Below, one piece after another: positions 42,231-51,430 of a stretch of 64,000 bases of DNA (positions are counted from its first letter, which is position 1; each line of letters opens with the position of its first letter). The DNA comes from an uncultured bacterium. Its GTDB lineage: Bacteria; Auribacterota; Erginobacteria; Erginobacterales; Erginobacteraceae. The stretch covers positions 136,672 through 200,671 of the forward strand of contig CAWGIE010000011.1 of assembly GCA_963822585.1 (NCBI GenBank), given 5' to 3'. The position numbers were made by a program, and so were the translations under genes. Under the pieces are notes generated by a model. The model was not told where the DNA came from and ran no database searches. It saw nothing but the letters and a program-made list of their open reading frames with translations.

Positions 42231-45200
42231 TCACATGACCCGTTCGGGGCTGTTTTTATGAATAATCGAATATACTATCGGCATGACAATGAGCGAAAAG
42301 AACATGGAACCGACCAGTCCGCTGATCATGGCGATGGAAAACGGCCCCAGGATTTCCCCCCCGCCCCCGATATTCAAAGCCATGGGTAAAAAACCGGCGA
42401 TGGCGGCGAGGTTGGTGATCAACACCGGCCTGAACCGCAAACTCCCGGCCGCGGTGATGGCTTCCTTCAGGGGCATACCTTTCAGCCGGAATCGTTCCAC
42501 GAACTCAATCACCAGTATTCCGTTATTGACGACTATGCCCATCACGGTGATCATGCCGATAAAGGAGGAGACATCGAATTCGGTGCCGGTGACCAACAGT
42601 CCGAAGATGACAAAAGAGGCCGAGCAGACGGTCCCCAGGAACACCGCCAGGGCCGTCTTGTACGATTCGAAGATGAACAACAGGAGCGCCATTATTAATA
42701 CAATAGCGATGAAGAGGACAAACAGCAGTTCGGTAAACGACTTCTGCTGATCCCGGTAATTGCCGGTAAGTTCGACGGTATAGGAATCGCTGGGCGCGCT
42801 GTAAAGAGCGTTTTTAATGTCCCTGACCACGTCTCCCAGAGGTCGGCCGGAGATTTCGGCATTGATATTGATGACGATCGAACCGTTTTTATGATGGACC
42901 TCCGGGTTCTGCTCGATCATGTCGAAAGTCGCCAGCTTTCCGAGGGGCAGGACGCCTCCATTCTCGGTATAAATCGGGATGCGCGCGATATCCTTCACCT
43001 TGTTTCTAAAATCCCCCGTGTAGAATTGGCGGATGGGGATCGTCTGCAGACCGTGCTGCAGCTTGGAAACAACTTCGCCGTAAAGAGCCATCTGGGCATA
43101 CCGATAAACGTCGCTGATGCCGATCCCGAGGAGCGAGGCCTCGCTCTGCCGGGCGGATACCCGTATTTCCTTTTGCGGAGGAGGCAGATCTATCATGACC
43201 CCGTTCAGCCCCGCGATCCCTTCCAGGGTGTTCTTCATCGCCTCCGCCGCATTTCTCAGTTTCACCGGATCATTCCCGATGAGGTTGACCACGATGGGCT
43301 TCGTGGCTCCGGTAAGGTCCCCCAGCCTGTCGGTGAGCATCTGGTGAAAATCGCTCTCCAGCTCCGGCACTTTCTTCTCCACCCGATCCCGCAAAAGGTC
43401 CATGATTTCAAAGGTCGATCTTTTCCGGTTTCGATCAAGCAAAATAACGATCTCTCCCACATTGGCGGGCGCGAAGGGGGTCCCCAGGTGGGTTCCGGTT
43501 TTCCTGATATACATCTTCACTTCAGGCACGCCGGCGATGACTTCTTCGGCTTGGCGGCAAATCTCATCCGCTCGCTCGATCGAGATACCGGGGGAGAGAA
43601 CGTAATCGAAGACAATATCCCCCTCATCCCATTCCGGGAGAAATCCGTTAGGGAGCTTGAAAAACACTCCGACGCCGAGGACCAGGAAGACGATCGCCAG
43701 GGCGACCACCGCTCCCTTATATTTCAGCGCGACGCCAAGAATGCTCAGGTAACATCTCCTGAGCACGCGGAACAGGAATCTGTCCCGCGCTTCCGACATT
43801 CCCGCCGGGGCGTGTTTCACAAAATACCGGATGAAGACCGGTATGACCACGACGGCCATGAATAAGGAAATGATGATGGTGGTAGCCAGCGTCGCGGCCA
43901 GGGGCTTGAAAAATAAGCCCGATACTCCGCTCAAAACATAGAGGGGAAGAAAAACGATGATGCTGACCATGGTCGCCCAGACCATGATCGGGACGATATC
44001 CGCCAGGGAAGACGAGAGCGGATCGGGGGAGCGGACCTCGGTTTTGAACCTGACGAAATTTTCCGTAACCACGATGGCATTATCCGCGATGATCCCGATC
44101 GCCGCCGACATGCCGCCCAGGGTCATAATGTTCACCGTCAGGCCAAGCAGTTTTAGCACTAAAAATTCCGAAAGAATGACCAGCGGCAGAACCAGGATGA
44201 TGGGCAGGGAATACCTCAGCCTGTTCATCACGTAATAGACGATGAACAAGATGATCGCGACGGCGATAAAAATGTCGAAGAGTATCCCCCGGATGGAACT
44301 CCTGACAAAATCGGAAAGGTCCCACTTGGCGATATGCAGGCGTCCGCCATATTCCTTTTCAATCTCCGCCATTTTCTCATCCAGTTTCCGGGATACTATC
44401 AAGCCGTCCGCGTCCTGTTGCTTCTGAACATCGATGAACAGACCCCGGTGTCCGTTGATGCTGACGATCCTCCGGACCTCGGCGCACGAATCTTCTACGC
44501 GGGCGACATCCCGCAGGTACACAGGTTGCCCCATACGCGTCGCCACCACTGTCTCACCGATCCGGTTGAGATCGGCGAATTTCTCGCCACCGATGACAAA
44601 AACGGCTTTCGTGTTCTGATAGACGTTTCCGATAAAGGATATCTTGTTGGCCTGATCGATCGCGTCACCGGCGGCGGCGGGGTCGAGGCAAGAGGCGATC
44701 AATTTCCGGGGATCGTAGCTGACTCGAATTTCCGGCTCCTCGCCGCCGACCACGTCCAGGCCGTAGATGCCCTCGATGCCGATCAATTTGGGGACGATAC
44801 TGTACCGGACGGTGGTGTAGAGCTGCTTGAGGTCATAGGTGTCCGACCAGATGCCGTATTCCGACATCGGGTACGCGCTCGTGGTCATCCGGATGACATC
44901 GATGGCGGCATCGCCGGGCAACGCGCCCCGGACCTGGTTGATCCGGCTTTGCACCTGCTGGAAGGCCTGATCGAGGTCCGTCCCCCATTTCAGGTAAATA
45001 TCGATGGTGGCCGTCCCCCGTTCCGTCACCGAACGGACCTCGACAACATTCGGCGCGGTCTTGACCGCTTCTTCGATCGGCCGGGTGAGATTGATCTCGG
45101 TCTCGTCCAGGGCCGCGAACCCGATATCGGCAATGATCTGAAACCGGGGGAAATCCCCCCGCGGGAACACGTCTTTGGGAAGATCAAGATACATATAGAC

Positions 45201-45278
45201 GCTGGCGACGACCATTACCGTCAGAGCGAACATGACCGCCAGATGGTTTACATCCAGCCACTCGACGAGTTTCTTCAT
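42231..45278 (-). CDS. RND efflux permease (CusA/CzcA-like)
   Basis: 1015 aa; GIIADNAIVVTEN, GFLPEWDEG, RFRPVLIT. Confidence 0.92.
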   Translation of the reverse strand: MKKLVEWLDVNHLAVMFALTVMVVASVYMYLDLPKDVFPRGDFPRFQIIADIGFAALDETEINLTRPIEEAVKTAPNVVEVRSVTERGTATIDIYLKWGTDLDQAFQQVQSRINQVRGALPGDAAIDVIRMTTSAYPMSEYGIWSDTYDLKQLYTTVRYSIVPKLIGIEGIYGLDVVGGEEPEIRVSYDPRKLIASCLDPAAAGDAIDQANKISFIGNVYQNTKAVFVIGGEKFADLNRIGETVVATRMGQPVYLRDVARVEDSCAEVRRIVSINGHRGLFIDVQKQQDADGLIVSRKLDEKMAEIEKEYGGRLHIAKWDLSDFVRSSIRGILFDIFIAVAIILFIVYYVMNRLRYSLPIILVLPLVILSEFLVLKLLGLTVNIMTLGGMSAAIGIIADNAIVVTENFVRFKTEVRSPDPLSSSLADIVPIMVWATMVSIIVFLPLYVLSGVSGLFFKPLAATLATTIIISLFMAVVVIPVFIRYFVKHAPAGMSEARDRFLFRVLRRCYLSILGVALKYKGAVVALAIVFLVLGVGVFFKLPNGFLPEWDEGDIVFDYVLSPGISIERADEICRQAEEVIAGVPEVKMYIRKTGTHLGTPFAPANVGEIVILLDRNRKRSTFEIMDLLRDRVEKKVPELESDFHQMLTDRLGDLTGATKPIVVNLIGNDPVKLRNAAEAMKNTLEGIAGLNGVMIDLPPPQKEIRVSARQSEASLLGIGISDVYRYAQMALYGEVVSKLQHGLQTIPIRQFYTGDFRNKVKDIARIPIYTENGGVLPLGKLATFDMIEQNPEVHHKNGSIVININAEISGRPLGDVVRDIKNALYSAPSDSYTVELTGNYRDQQKSFTELLFVLFIAIVLIMALLLFIFESYKTALAVFLGTVCSASFVIFGLLVTGTEFDVSSFIGMITVMGIVVNNGILVIEFVERFRLKGMPLKEAITAAGSLRFRPVLITNLAAIAGFLPMALNIGGGGEILGPFSIAMISGLVGSMFFSLIVMPIVYSIIHKNSPERVM

Positions 45279-46582
45279 TCTTCCATCCCCCCGATCAGTG
45301 AATTCAGCTCGGCTTTTTGGGAGAAATAGTCATTCAGAACATCATAGCTCTGGTCTTTGGCATTCAGGCAATCGGTGAAGACGCTCAACAGATCCGTCTC
45401 CTTGATTTTGCCCTGTCGGTAATACTCGGCGGCGATCTCGAGGGCGGATTGGGCGCTCTTCCGGATATCCACGGAATGTTTGTACTTCGTTTGAACGTTG
45501 TTTATTTCGGCGAGCAGCTGGCGGAGACGGACTCTCAATAGTCTTTGGTTATCCGCGAATATTTTCTCCTGCGCGGCATGATTGGACTTTAATTGCCTGG
45601 CCTCATTGGCTTTTTGACCGAAATCAAACACATCCAGATTCAACGCCAGGTACATCCGATTCTCTTCCGTGTTGGGATCGATGCGGGGGGCGGTATATTC
45701 GAAACCGGCGCTCAGCGAGGGGAGATAATAGAATCTACTCTGCTGATATTGCTCCTCCGCGATCTTCACCTCGAGTTCGTCGAGCTGAGATTGGGGGAGA
45801 CGGGATAGCGCCGGCGCCGGGATTAGTTCCGCCTGGTCGAGATCCGGCCCTTTTTTCCCCGCCCGGGAAGGGTCGGCGCCGGCAGTTTCTCCCTCCGTCT
45901 CGATTACCGGCAGATCCGGAGCATTCATGGAAGCGAATTCGGATTCCCGGTAATCGGTATTCATCATCGAATTGAGCGAGATCAGGGCTTTTTCAATCCC
46001 CGCTTCGGCATCGCCGATCGAAATCTGAACCAGTTTCAGCTGCACCTGGGCCCGGTTCAAATCCAGCTTGGCATCCACCCCCTTTGCCTGAAGCGCCTGG
46101 ATGTCTTTGATGTGCTCCCGGAGAAAGGAGAGCGCGTCGTCGTAACTCCGTTTCTTCCGTAAAAATATGTAAAGACCGTAATAATCCTGGACCAGGTTTT
46201 TCAGAACTTCTCTTTCGGCGATCTGTTTGAGCACCGTGCTTTTTTGCAGTTCTAATTTGCCAAGCTCGGGATAATCGACGAGCAGTTTCTGAACGTCGAA
46301 GGTCGCCTCCACTCCGAGCCGGTTCTGATACCCCTGGGTATATTCCGAATCAGCGGCGTAGCGCAGATATTCCGGCTCATAGGAAACGGATATCCGCGGG
46401 AAAACCGCCGCCCGGTCTTTCCGGTACGAATAGACGCCGGCTTCGATCATGTCTTCGTAGGAGGCCATCAGTTGGCTGTTGGACATTGCCAGAGTTTTAC
46501 ACTCCTCCAAAGTAATCGCCGGCGCCGCGCTGACATAGACCAGGATCAGGGAAGCAGCGCCCAAGAGCTTGAGCATTTTCAT
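45275..46582 (-). CDS. TolC-family outer membrane factor
   Basis: Signal peptide, YLPSLSAG..LDVFDFG, EYYRQG; overlaps the RND start. Confidence 0.85.
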   Translation of the reverse strand: MKMLKLLGAASLILVYVSAAPAITLEECKTLAMSNSQLMASYEDMIEAGVYSYRKDRAAVFPRISVSYEPEYLRYAADSEYTQGYQNRLGVEATFDVQKLLVDYPELGKLELQKSTVLKQIAEREVLKNLVQDYYGLYIFLRKKRSYDDALSFLREHIKDIQALQAKGVDAKLDLNRAQVQLKLVQISIGDAEAGIEKALISLNSMMNTDYRESEFASMNAPDLPVIETEGETAGADPSRAGKKGPDLDQAELIPAPALSRLPQSQLDELEVKIAEEQYQQSRFYYLPSLSAGFEYTAPRIDPNTEENRMYLALNLDVFDFGQKANEARQLKSNHAAQEKIFADNQRLLRVRLRQLLAEINNVQTKYKHSVDIRKSAQSALEIAAEYYRQGKIKETDLLSVFTDCLNAKDQSYDVLNDYFSQKAELNSLIGGMEE

Positions 46583-46716
46583 GATTCCATCATCATTTGT
46601 GGTTACCGGAGGCTATGGCCGCCGTGCTTATTGTTCCCTTTCACTAGCCGCCGAAGTTTTTCCGGCGGCATCGTCCCTTTTTCAAGAATAACGGAAAGAA
46701 TGATGCCATCAGGCAC

Positions 46717-46754
46717 ATTGCGTATATATGACCGACAGATGACATTTCTGTCAT
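46717..46754 (-). promoter_or_regulatory. Operator array 2
   Basis: Minus strand ATGAC-agaaat-GTCAT-ctgtcg-GTCAT-atatac-GCAAT; contains TGACA-N4-TGTCA. Confidence 0.7.
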
Positions 46755-46766
46755 CTGCTCGGGGAT

Positions 46767-46842
46767 AGGCGTGATCGCAAAGAAGGCGTGATCGCAAAGA
46801 AGGCGTGATCGCAAAGAAGGCGGGATCGCAAAGAAGGCGGGA
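46767..46842. repeat. 17-bp tandem repeat AGGCGTGATCGCAAAGA, about 4.4 copies
   Basis: Units start at 46767, 46784, 46801, 46818 and 46835 (partial). Confidence 0.92.
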
Positions 46843-46973
46843 GCATTGGATAAACGAAATGGTCGACGTCGCCCGAGTTACCTTGCCGTCCCCCGAGTGG
46901 GGGACGATCACTCCGGCCCCTTCTTCAGGATTTCAGGAATGAGGCGGGCAAACGTCCCCGGCGCTGGCCGCAG

Positions 46974-47513
46974 CTATTTATTTTTTTCTAGCTGCCGCCG
47001 GTAGATGAGGAACGACAGGATAAGCGCGATGGCGATTGGCGTTCCGAGTACTACCGGCAACACATTGCCGGGGTTCAGATTCCGTTTGGGCGCAACCGTG
47101 AAGTGCGTAATCGTGCTCACGGCCGGCGTTTCATTCTCCGGGGCGACGGCTACAATAATTAACGAATAGGTCCCGGCTTTGACAAAATGGATTTTCCATT
47201 GAAGCGGGAATGTCTGCCCGGGTTCGATGGACCCGATGAACAACCCCTTCTCCGCGCTCCAGTCTTCAAGATCAACCGGCAGTTTGTTCTCAGTGTCCAC
47301 CAATGAAAGATAGGTGGTGATGTTGACGATCGATTTCCGGCCGGTATTCCGTATCCGCCCCAGGACCGTCACGTAATCCCCGGCCGTGCCGCTCATAGCG
47401 CGGGAGGAGAGGATGGTGAGCTCAATCGGCAGCGAATCTTCGGCCTTACCTCGGAACGGCACGAGAAGCAAGGCAAAAAGTGCGAGCAAAGCAAGGTGTT
47501 TCATGCTACTCAT
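46974..47513 (-). CDS. Exported beta-rich protein with C-terminal TM anchor (hypothetical)
   Basis: Signal peptide, PVDLEDWS, C-terminal hydrophobic helix followed by RRQ. Confidence 0.75.
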   Translation of the reverse strand: MSSMKHLALLALFALLLVPFRGKAEDSLPIELTILSSRAMSGTAGDYVTVLGRIRNTGRKSIVNITTYLSLVDTENKLPVDLEDWSAEKGLFIGSIEPGQTFPLQWKIHFVKAGTYSLIIVAVAPENETPAVSTITHFTVAPKRNLNPGNVLPVVLGTPIAIALILSFLIYRRQLEKNK

Positions 47514-48276
47514 TTCTGATAACCCCCCGCCGCTTGAACACACGCATGCTGCTGACAAGGAATGCCGCGGTAATCAGGCAAAAGATAATCATGGGGAAGA
47601 TGAATTGCCGATTGGATAGTAGGGAAGTCTGAAAATCCACCAGTACGTTGTCCATGGCGCTGAACATATTGTCGAAAGGATCGGCCTTGCTGATTACTTC
47701 CATCAATGTACCGGTTTTAAGCGTTGGGGAGAAAAACGCCGGCGTAGCCAGAGCGAAGAGGACGACGAGCGAGGTGGTGAGGGTATTTCTACTGGAGCGG
47801 TAGAGAAGCGAAACGGCAAATACCAGGAAGATAAATCCGGCGACGGCCAGGCTACCCAAAAGCAGTGTGTACCCGGCGAATGACAGCGCCAGGCGTGTTC
47901 CGGCCGACGTAGCGAAAACATAGGGCAAAGAAACCGACCAGACCGCGATCCATAACGTGAAGGATCCGAGGAATTTGCCGCCCACGAAATCGAAAAGAGA
48001 GATGGGAGCGAGGAATAAGCTTTCCGCGGTTCGATTCTCAAACTCCACCGTCACCCGTAAGGATGCATCAATGGTAACAATGAGGAGCGCCGAGCTCAGG
48101 ATGATCTTGCTCAAGAGCCAGAGCATCTCGCCCTGATCGAGCAAGCTCAGTTCCTTGTCGGTGAGCAGAAGATAGCTCGTAAAACTCAAAAGGAGCGAGG
48201 CGATCAAAAGCCACGCCATGCCTTTCCAGGTATAGAGCGTTCCGGATACTTCTTTATGCCAGATATAGAGAATCAT
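47506..48276 (-). CDS. ABC-2 type permease
   Basis: EFENRTAESLFLAP..GKF; ATGA-coupled to the ATPase. Confidence 0.85.
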   Translation of the reverse strand: MILYIWHKEVSGTLYTWKGMAWLLIASLLLSFTSYLLLTDKELSLLDQGEMLWLLSKIILSSALLIVTIDASLRVTVEFENRTAESLFLAPISLFDFVGGKFLGSFTLWIAVWSVSLPYVFATSAGTRLALSFAGYTLLLGSLAVAGFIFLVFAVSLLYRSSRNTLTTSLVVLFALATPAFFSPTLKTGTLMEVISKADPFDNMFSAMDNVLVDFQTSLLSNRQFIFPMIIFCLITAAFLVSSMRVFKRRGVIRNE

Positions 48277-48995
48277 CGGTTTCTGGTAAGAGTGAGAAAC
48301 ACCTCGGTAAGGCTGCCGCCTTCGGTTCTGGCTTCTTCCCGCAACTCGGCCAGGGTGCCCTCGGCAACCAGTCTGCCCTTGTTCAAAATGGCGATGCGCG
48401 AGCAAAGCTCGGAGACTTCCTCTAAAAGGTGCGATGAATAGAAGATCGTCATCCCGTTCTGATTGAGTGTCCGAAGCAGCGTGCGGATATCTTCCTGCCC
48501 CTGGGGGTCGAGCCCCAGGGTCGGCTCATCCAGAAAGAGGATGATGGGATCATTGATGAGCGCACGGGCAATCCCCAGGCGCTGGCGCATGCCGCGGGAA
48601 TAGGCGCCGATCTTTTTCTCGCTCTGCCGGCGAAGCCCGACTTGGTCCAAAAGCCGGCTTACTCTATTATCCTCGGGCATCCGGTACAGGCGGGCGAAAA
48701 AGGCAAGATATTCCCCGCCGGTCATCCACTCGTAGAATCCCTGACTTTCCGGAAGCACGCCGATGGCTCGCGCTACCCGCGCCCGGTCGCGGATCGGGAC
48801 CGCATTGATTGCTATCTCGCCCTGATCGGGATTGACAATGCCGGTCAGCATGCGGATGGTCGTTGTTTTCCCCGCGCCGTTCGGTCCCAGGAAGGCGAAG
48901 AACTCTCCCCGACGCACCTGCAGCGCCAGTTCATCCACCGCTTTGGTAGCGCCGTAAGACTTGGTGAGATTGCTGGCTGTGATTGCTTCAGGCAT
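48273..48995 (-). CDS. ABC transporter ATP-binding protein
   Basis: GPNGAGKT, YSRGMRQR, FLDEPT. Confidence 0.95.
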   Translation of the reverse strand: MPEAITASNLTKSYGATKAVDELALQVRRGEFFAFLGPNGAGKTTTIRMLTGIVNPDQGEIAINAVPIRDRARVARAIGVLPESQGFYEWMTGGEYLAFFARLYRMPEDNRVSRLLDQVGLRRQSEKKIGAYSRGMRQRLGIARALINDPIILFLDEPTLGLDPQGQEDIRTLLRTLNQNGMTIFYSSHLLEEVSELCSRIAILNKGRLVAEGTLAELREEARTEGGSLTEVFLTLTRNR

Positions 48996-49188
48996 GATCG
49001 GTGTTTCTTGGGGGTCGGGGAGTTTCCCAGAAGATGGTGATCAGAAATCCGGCTAGGCCCACGATGACGAGGAACCAGCTCACGAAAAAATTAATCTGCT
49101 CCTCGGCATCGGGAACGTCGTAGAAGAACTTGAGATACAATCCCCCGGCAACGCTAAGCAAGAAGAGAACCGTCAGGAGTTGCTTCAT
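48988..49188 (-). CDS. Small two-TM membrane protein
   Basis: Two hydrophobic helices; tightly packed in the operon. Confidence 0.7.
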   Translation of the reverse strand: MKQLLTVLFLLSVAGGLYLKFFYDVPDAEEQINFFVSWFLVIVGLAGFLITIFWETPRPPRNTDHA

Positions 49189-49197
49189 GATATTCTA

Positions 49198-49803
49198 TCA
49201 TTCCCAATGAAAACTATTCAGGACTGCTGTACTTGAAGAAGCCAGAGCACCGGCCTGGTTTCTTTCCGCATCGAGTGTAATTACGACGGCGCAGTCCTCT
49301 CCCGTGACATAAGTCCGCACTGCCTGATATTCGGCGCCATTCGCCGCGTAGCGATACGTAAGCTGGTATGCGTCGTTTCCGGCTACAGACAGTCTTCGGT
49401 AATCTACGCGCTCATAACCGGCCAGCGTTCTTTTGAGTCGCGGCTCTTCCTGGCTGAGCACCTGCAACTCTGGGGTCGTGTTGTCGGGGATATCCAGCAG
49501 CTCGCTTGAAGCTTCGCCGTGAGGCAGTATGAAACGGTAGCTTCCCGGCCGCGAAGCAGATTGCAGTTGCCAGAAAGTGGGGACTGATATGGTATAAAAG
49601 TTCTCCCTCACGTCTCTATTGTGGTAAACATTCTCCGTAACGGTAGAGCTGGCAAGAGAAACCTGTTTCCTCAAGGCCTGGGATGACGACGGGTTTACCG
49701 AAGTACCCGCTCTTTTTTTAGATAGCGGCCCAAAAGAGTAAACCCAGAGCACGACCAGAGCGACAACTGCCGCGACCAGTACCACGATGACTTTCTTATT
49801 CAT
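49198..49803 (-). CDS. Membrane-anchored periplasmic protein (possibly PsbP/DcrB-like fold)
   Basis: N-terminal TM, YTISVPTFW, VAGNDAYQLTY, VLNSFHWE. Confidence 0.65.
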   Translation of the reverse strand: MNKKVIVVLVAAVVALVVLWVYSFGPLSKKRAGTSVNPSSSQALRKQVSLASSTVTENVYHNRDVRENFYTISVPTFWQLQSASRPGSYRFILPHGEASSELLDIPDNTTPELQVLSQEEPRLKRTLAGYERVDYRRLSVAGNDAYQLTYRYAANGAEYQAVRTYVTGEDCAVVITLDAERNQAGALASSSTAVLNSFHWE

Positions 49804-50097
49804 CTGCTCTCCGTGGACGGGAAACGCGGGTGCGGCCCGGGAGAGGGCGCATCCGCATTTTCCATACTGTCGTTCAATGCATTATGAATAGCAATCTTGT
49901 TTATACAGCGACAGCATTCTGCTTTTTCTTTTCCGAAAGGACAACATGTTATTCTTTCTCTTAACGCTGCCCGCAGAAATAGATCTCTGGCTGTAATTCA
50001 TTGCCGGAGAATTTGATAAAATTAATATCTTTTCGTGTGTCTGTTCATTTCATCCTTGTCATGGTTCAAAACTAACCCGATTTATGAATAAATCGGG

Positions 50098-50682
50098 TTA
50101 ATCCTCTTCCCAATCCTGGTGACCGTGTCCGCCTTCCCCGTGATGGCCTGAACCTTCTTCATCATCATTCCCTTCGTCTTTTTCCCTCCGGCCCGTCATT
50201 TCCTTGCCCATCATTCCCCTTGCCTTCATCTCGCATCCCATCGTCTCGCGGCCCGGCATCCCTGAATCCGCGCCGAATCTGGCCATCAGAGGCTGGCATT
50301 TCTCCCACTGCTCGGGGGTGAGAACTTTGCGAATTTCCACCATCCGCTTGAGCGCGTTCATGGTTTGTGCCTGCCGGGCGGCGCCGATCTGCGTGATCAA
50401 ATCATCGATCTGCTTTTCGTCCAATGTCTCCTTCTTGATCAGATAGGCGAACGTAAGCTGGGCGCTCCGGATCTTCGCCTGGACATCGATATCGGCCTTG
50501 GCGAACGTGTAGTGGATCTCCTCGATCCGGGAGACCTGATCCGGGGTGAGCTCCAGTTTCTTGACGATCCCCTCCTTCAGCCAGAACGTGCCTCCGTGGC
50601 CGAACTGCTCGGCCCGCAGCGTAGTCACCGCGATCGACGCGGACGCCACCGCGACCACCGCTATCCACAGCATCTTTTTCAT
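50098..50682 (-). CDS. Spy/CpxP/ZraP-family periplasmic protein with Met- and His/acidic-rich tail
   Basis: LELTPDQ and VLTPEQ (LTxxQ) motifs; signal peptide. Confidence 0.85.
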   Translation of the reverse strand: MKKMLWIAVVAVASASIAVTTLRAEQFGHGGTFWLKEGIVKKLELTPDQVSRIEEIHYTFAKADIDVQAKIRSAQLTFAYLIKKETLDEKQIDDLITQIGAARQAQTMNALKRMVEIRKVLTPEQWEKCQPLMARFGADSGMPGRETMGCEMKARGMMGKEMTGRREKDEGNDDEEGSGHHGEGGHGHQDWEED

Positions 50683-50834
50683 CCTCAACACCTCCTTGAT
50701 TAAGATTTTACCTGGACATCATTCGCTCCGGTGCAGGGATTGCGAACCCCGGTACGACTTTTGCTCCGCAAAAGGCGTGCCGCGGGGGAGCATACCCTGA
50801 AACCGCTTGTGGGGAGATCTTACGCCGGTTCGCT

Positions 50835-51257
50835 TCAGGGCTTCGTCGCCTGCTGAAGCATCCTCAGCAATTCATTCAGAGCCGCTTTTCCCTTGGGGAT
50901 ATTTATTCTGCTGCTGCGGAGCGCGGAGATTGCTTTGTCGAGAGTCTTATCAAGCAGCGTCCACGTCGCCGTGTCTCTGGGTTGCAGCATCTCTTCGTCA
51001 TCATCCCATGCGGTCTCCAAGTCCGTGAGCTTGGCCACCATTTCTGTACTCTTGCCGGCGGCGAGCGCATCAAGGGTTTCCTTGGTCAGCGCGATGAACG
51101 TTGCCGTCTCCTTTGTCGAATAGACAGCAGCGGGTATGCTCAACTCCGATGTCTTCTCTTCTTGCGCCGCACTGTCATGGCCTGCAAACAACAGTCCCGC
51201 GCCGATCATTATGGCAATGATCCTGCATGGGGTTGCGATATTCATCTTCTTCTTCAT
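50835..51257 (-). CDS. Small secreted helical protein (DLETAWD motif), function unknown
   Basis: Signal peptide; TDLETAWDD..WTLLDKTLDKAISALR; AAGGAG RBS. Confidence 0.75.
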   Translation of the reverse strand: MKKKMNIATPCRIIAIMIGAGLLFAGHDSAAQEEKTSELSIPAAVYSTKETATFIALTKETLDALAAGKSTEMVAKLTDLETAWDDDEEMLQPRDTATWTLLDKTLDKAISALRSSRINIPKGKAALNELLRMLQQATKP

Positions 51258-51392
51258 TTCAGCTCCTTTCATCTTTCTTTTTTGTCCGCCCAACTTTCTA
51301 TTTAACGCGGATAACATTCTTCCCTGCTGACATCCCTCCGGGAGCACGCTGCCCCTTTTTTATTAACGATAAGGAGAATGTACCAGAGGGCC

Positions 51393-51430
51393 TTTGCGCC
51401 AGGATGACCGAAAGATTACATTTCCGTCAT
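51393..51430 (-). promoter_or_regulatory. Operator array 3
   Basis: Minus strand ATGAC-ggaaat-GTAAT-ctttcg-GTCAT-cctggc-GCAAA; overlaps the kinase stop codon. Confidence 0.65.

Noticed and set aside
46767..46842. CRISPR array or replication iterons
   Set aside because: Contiguous units with no spacers and no rep or cas gene nearby.
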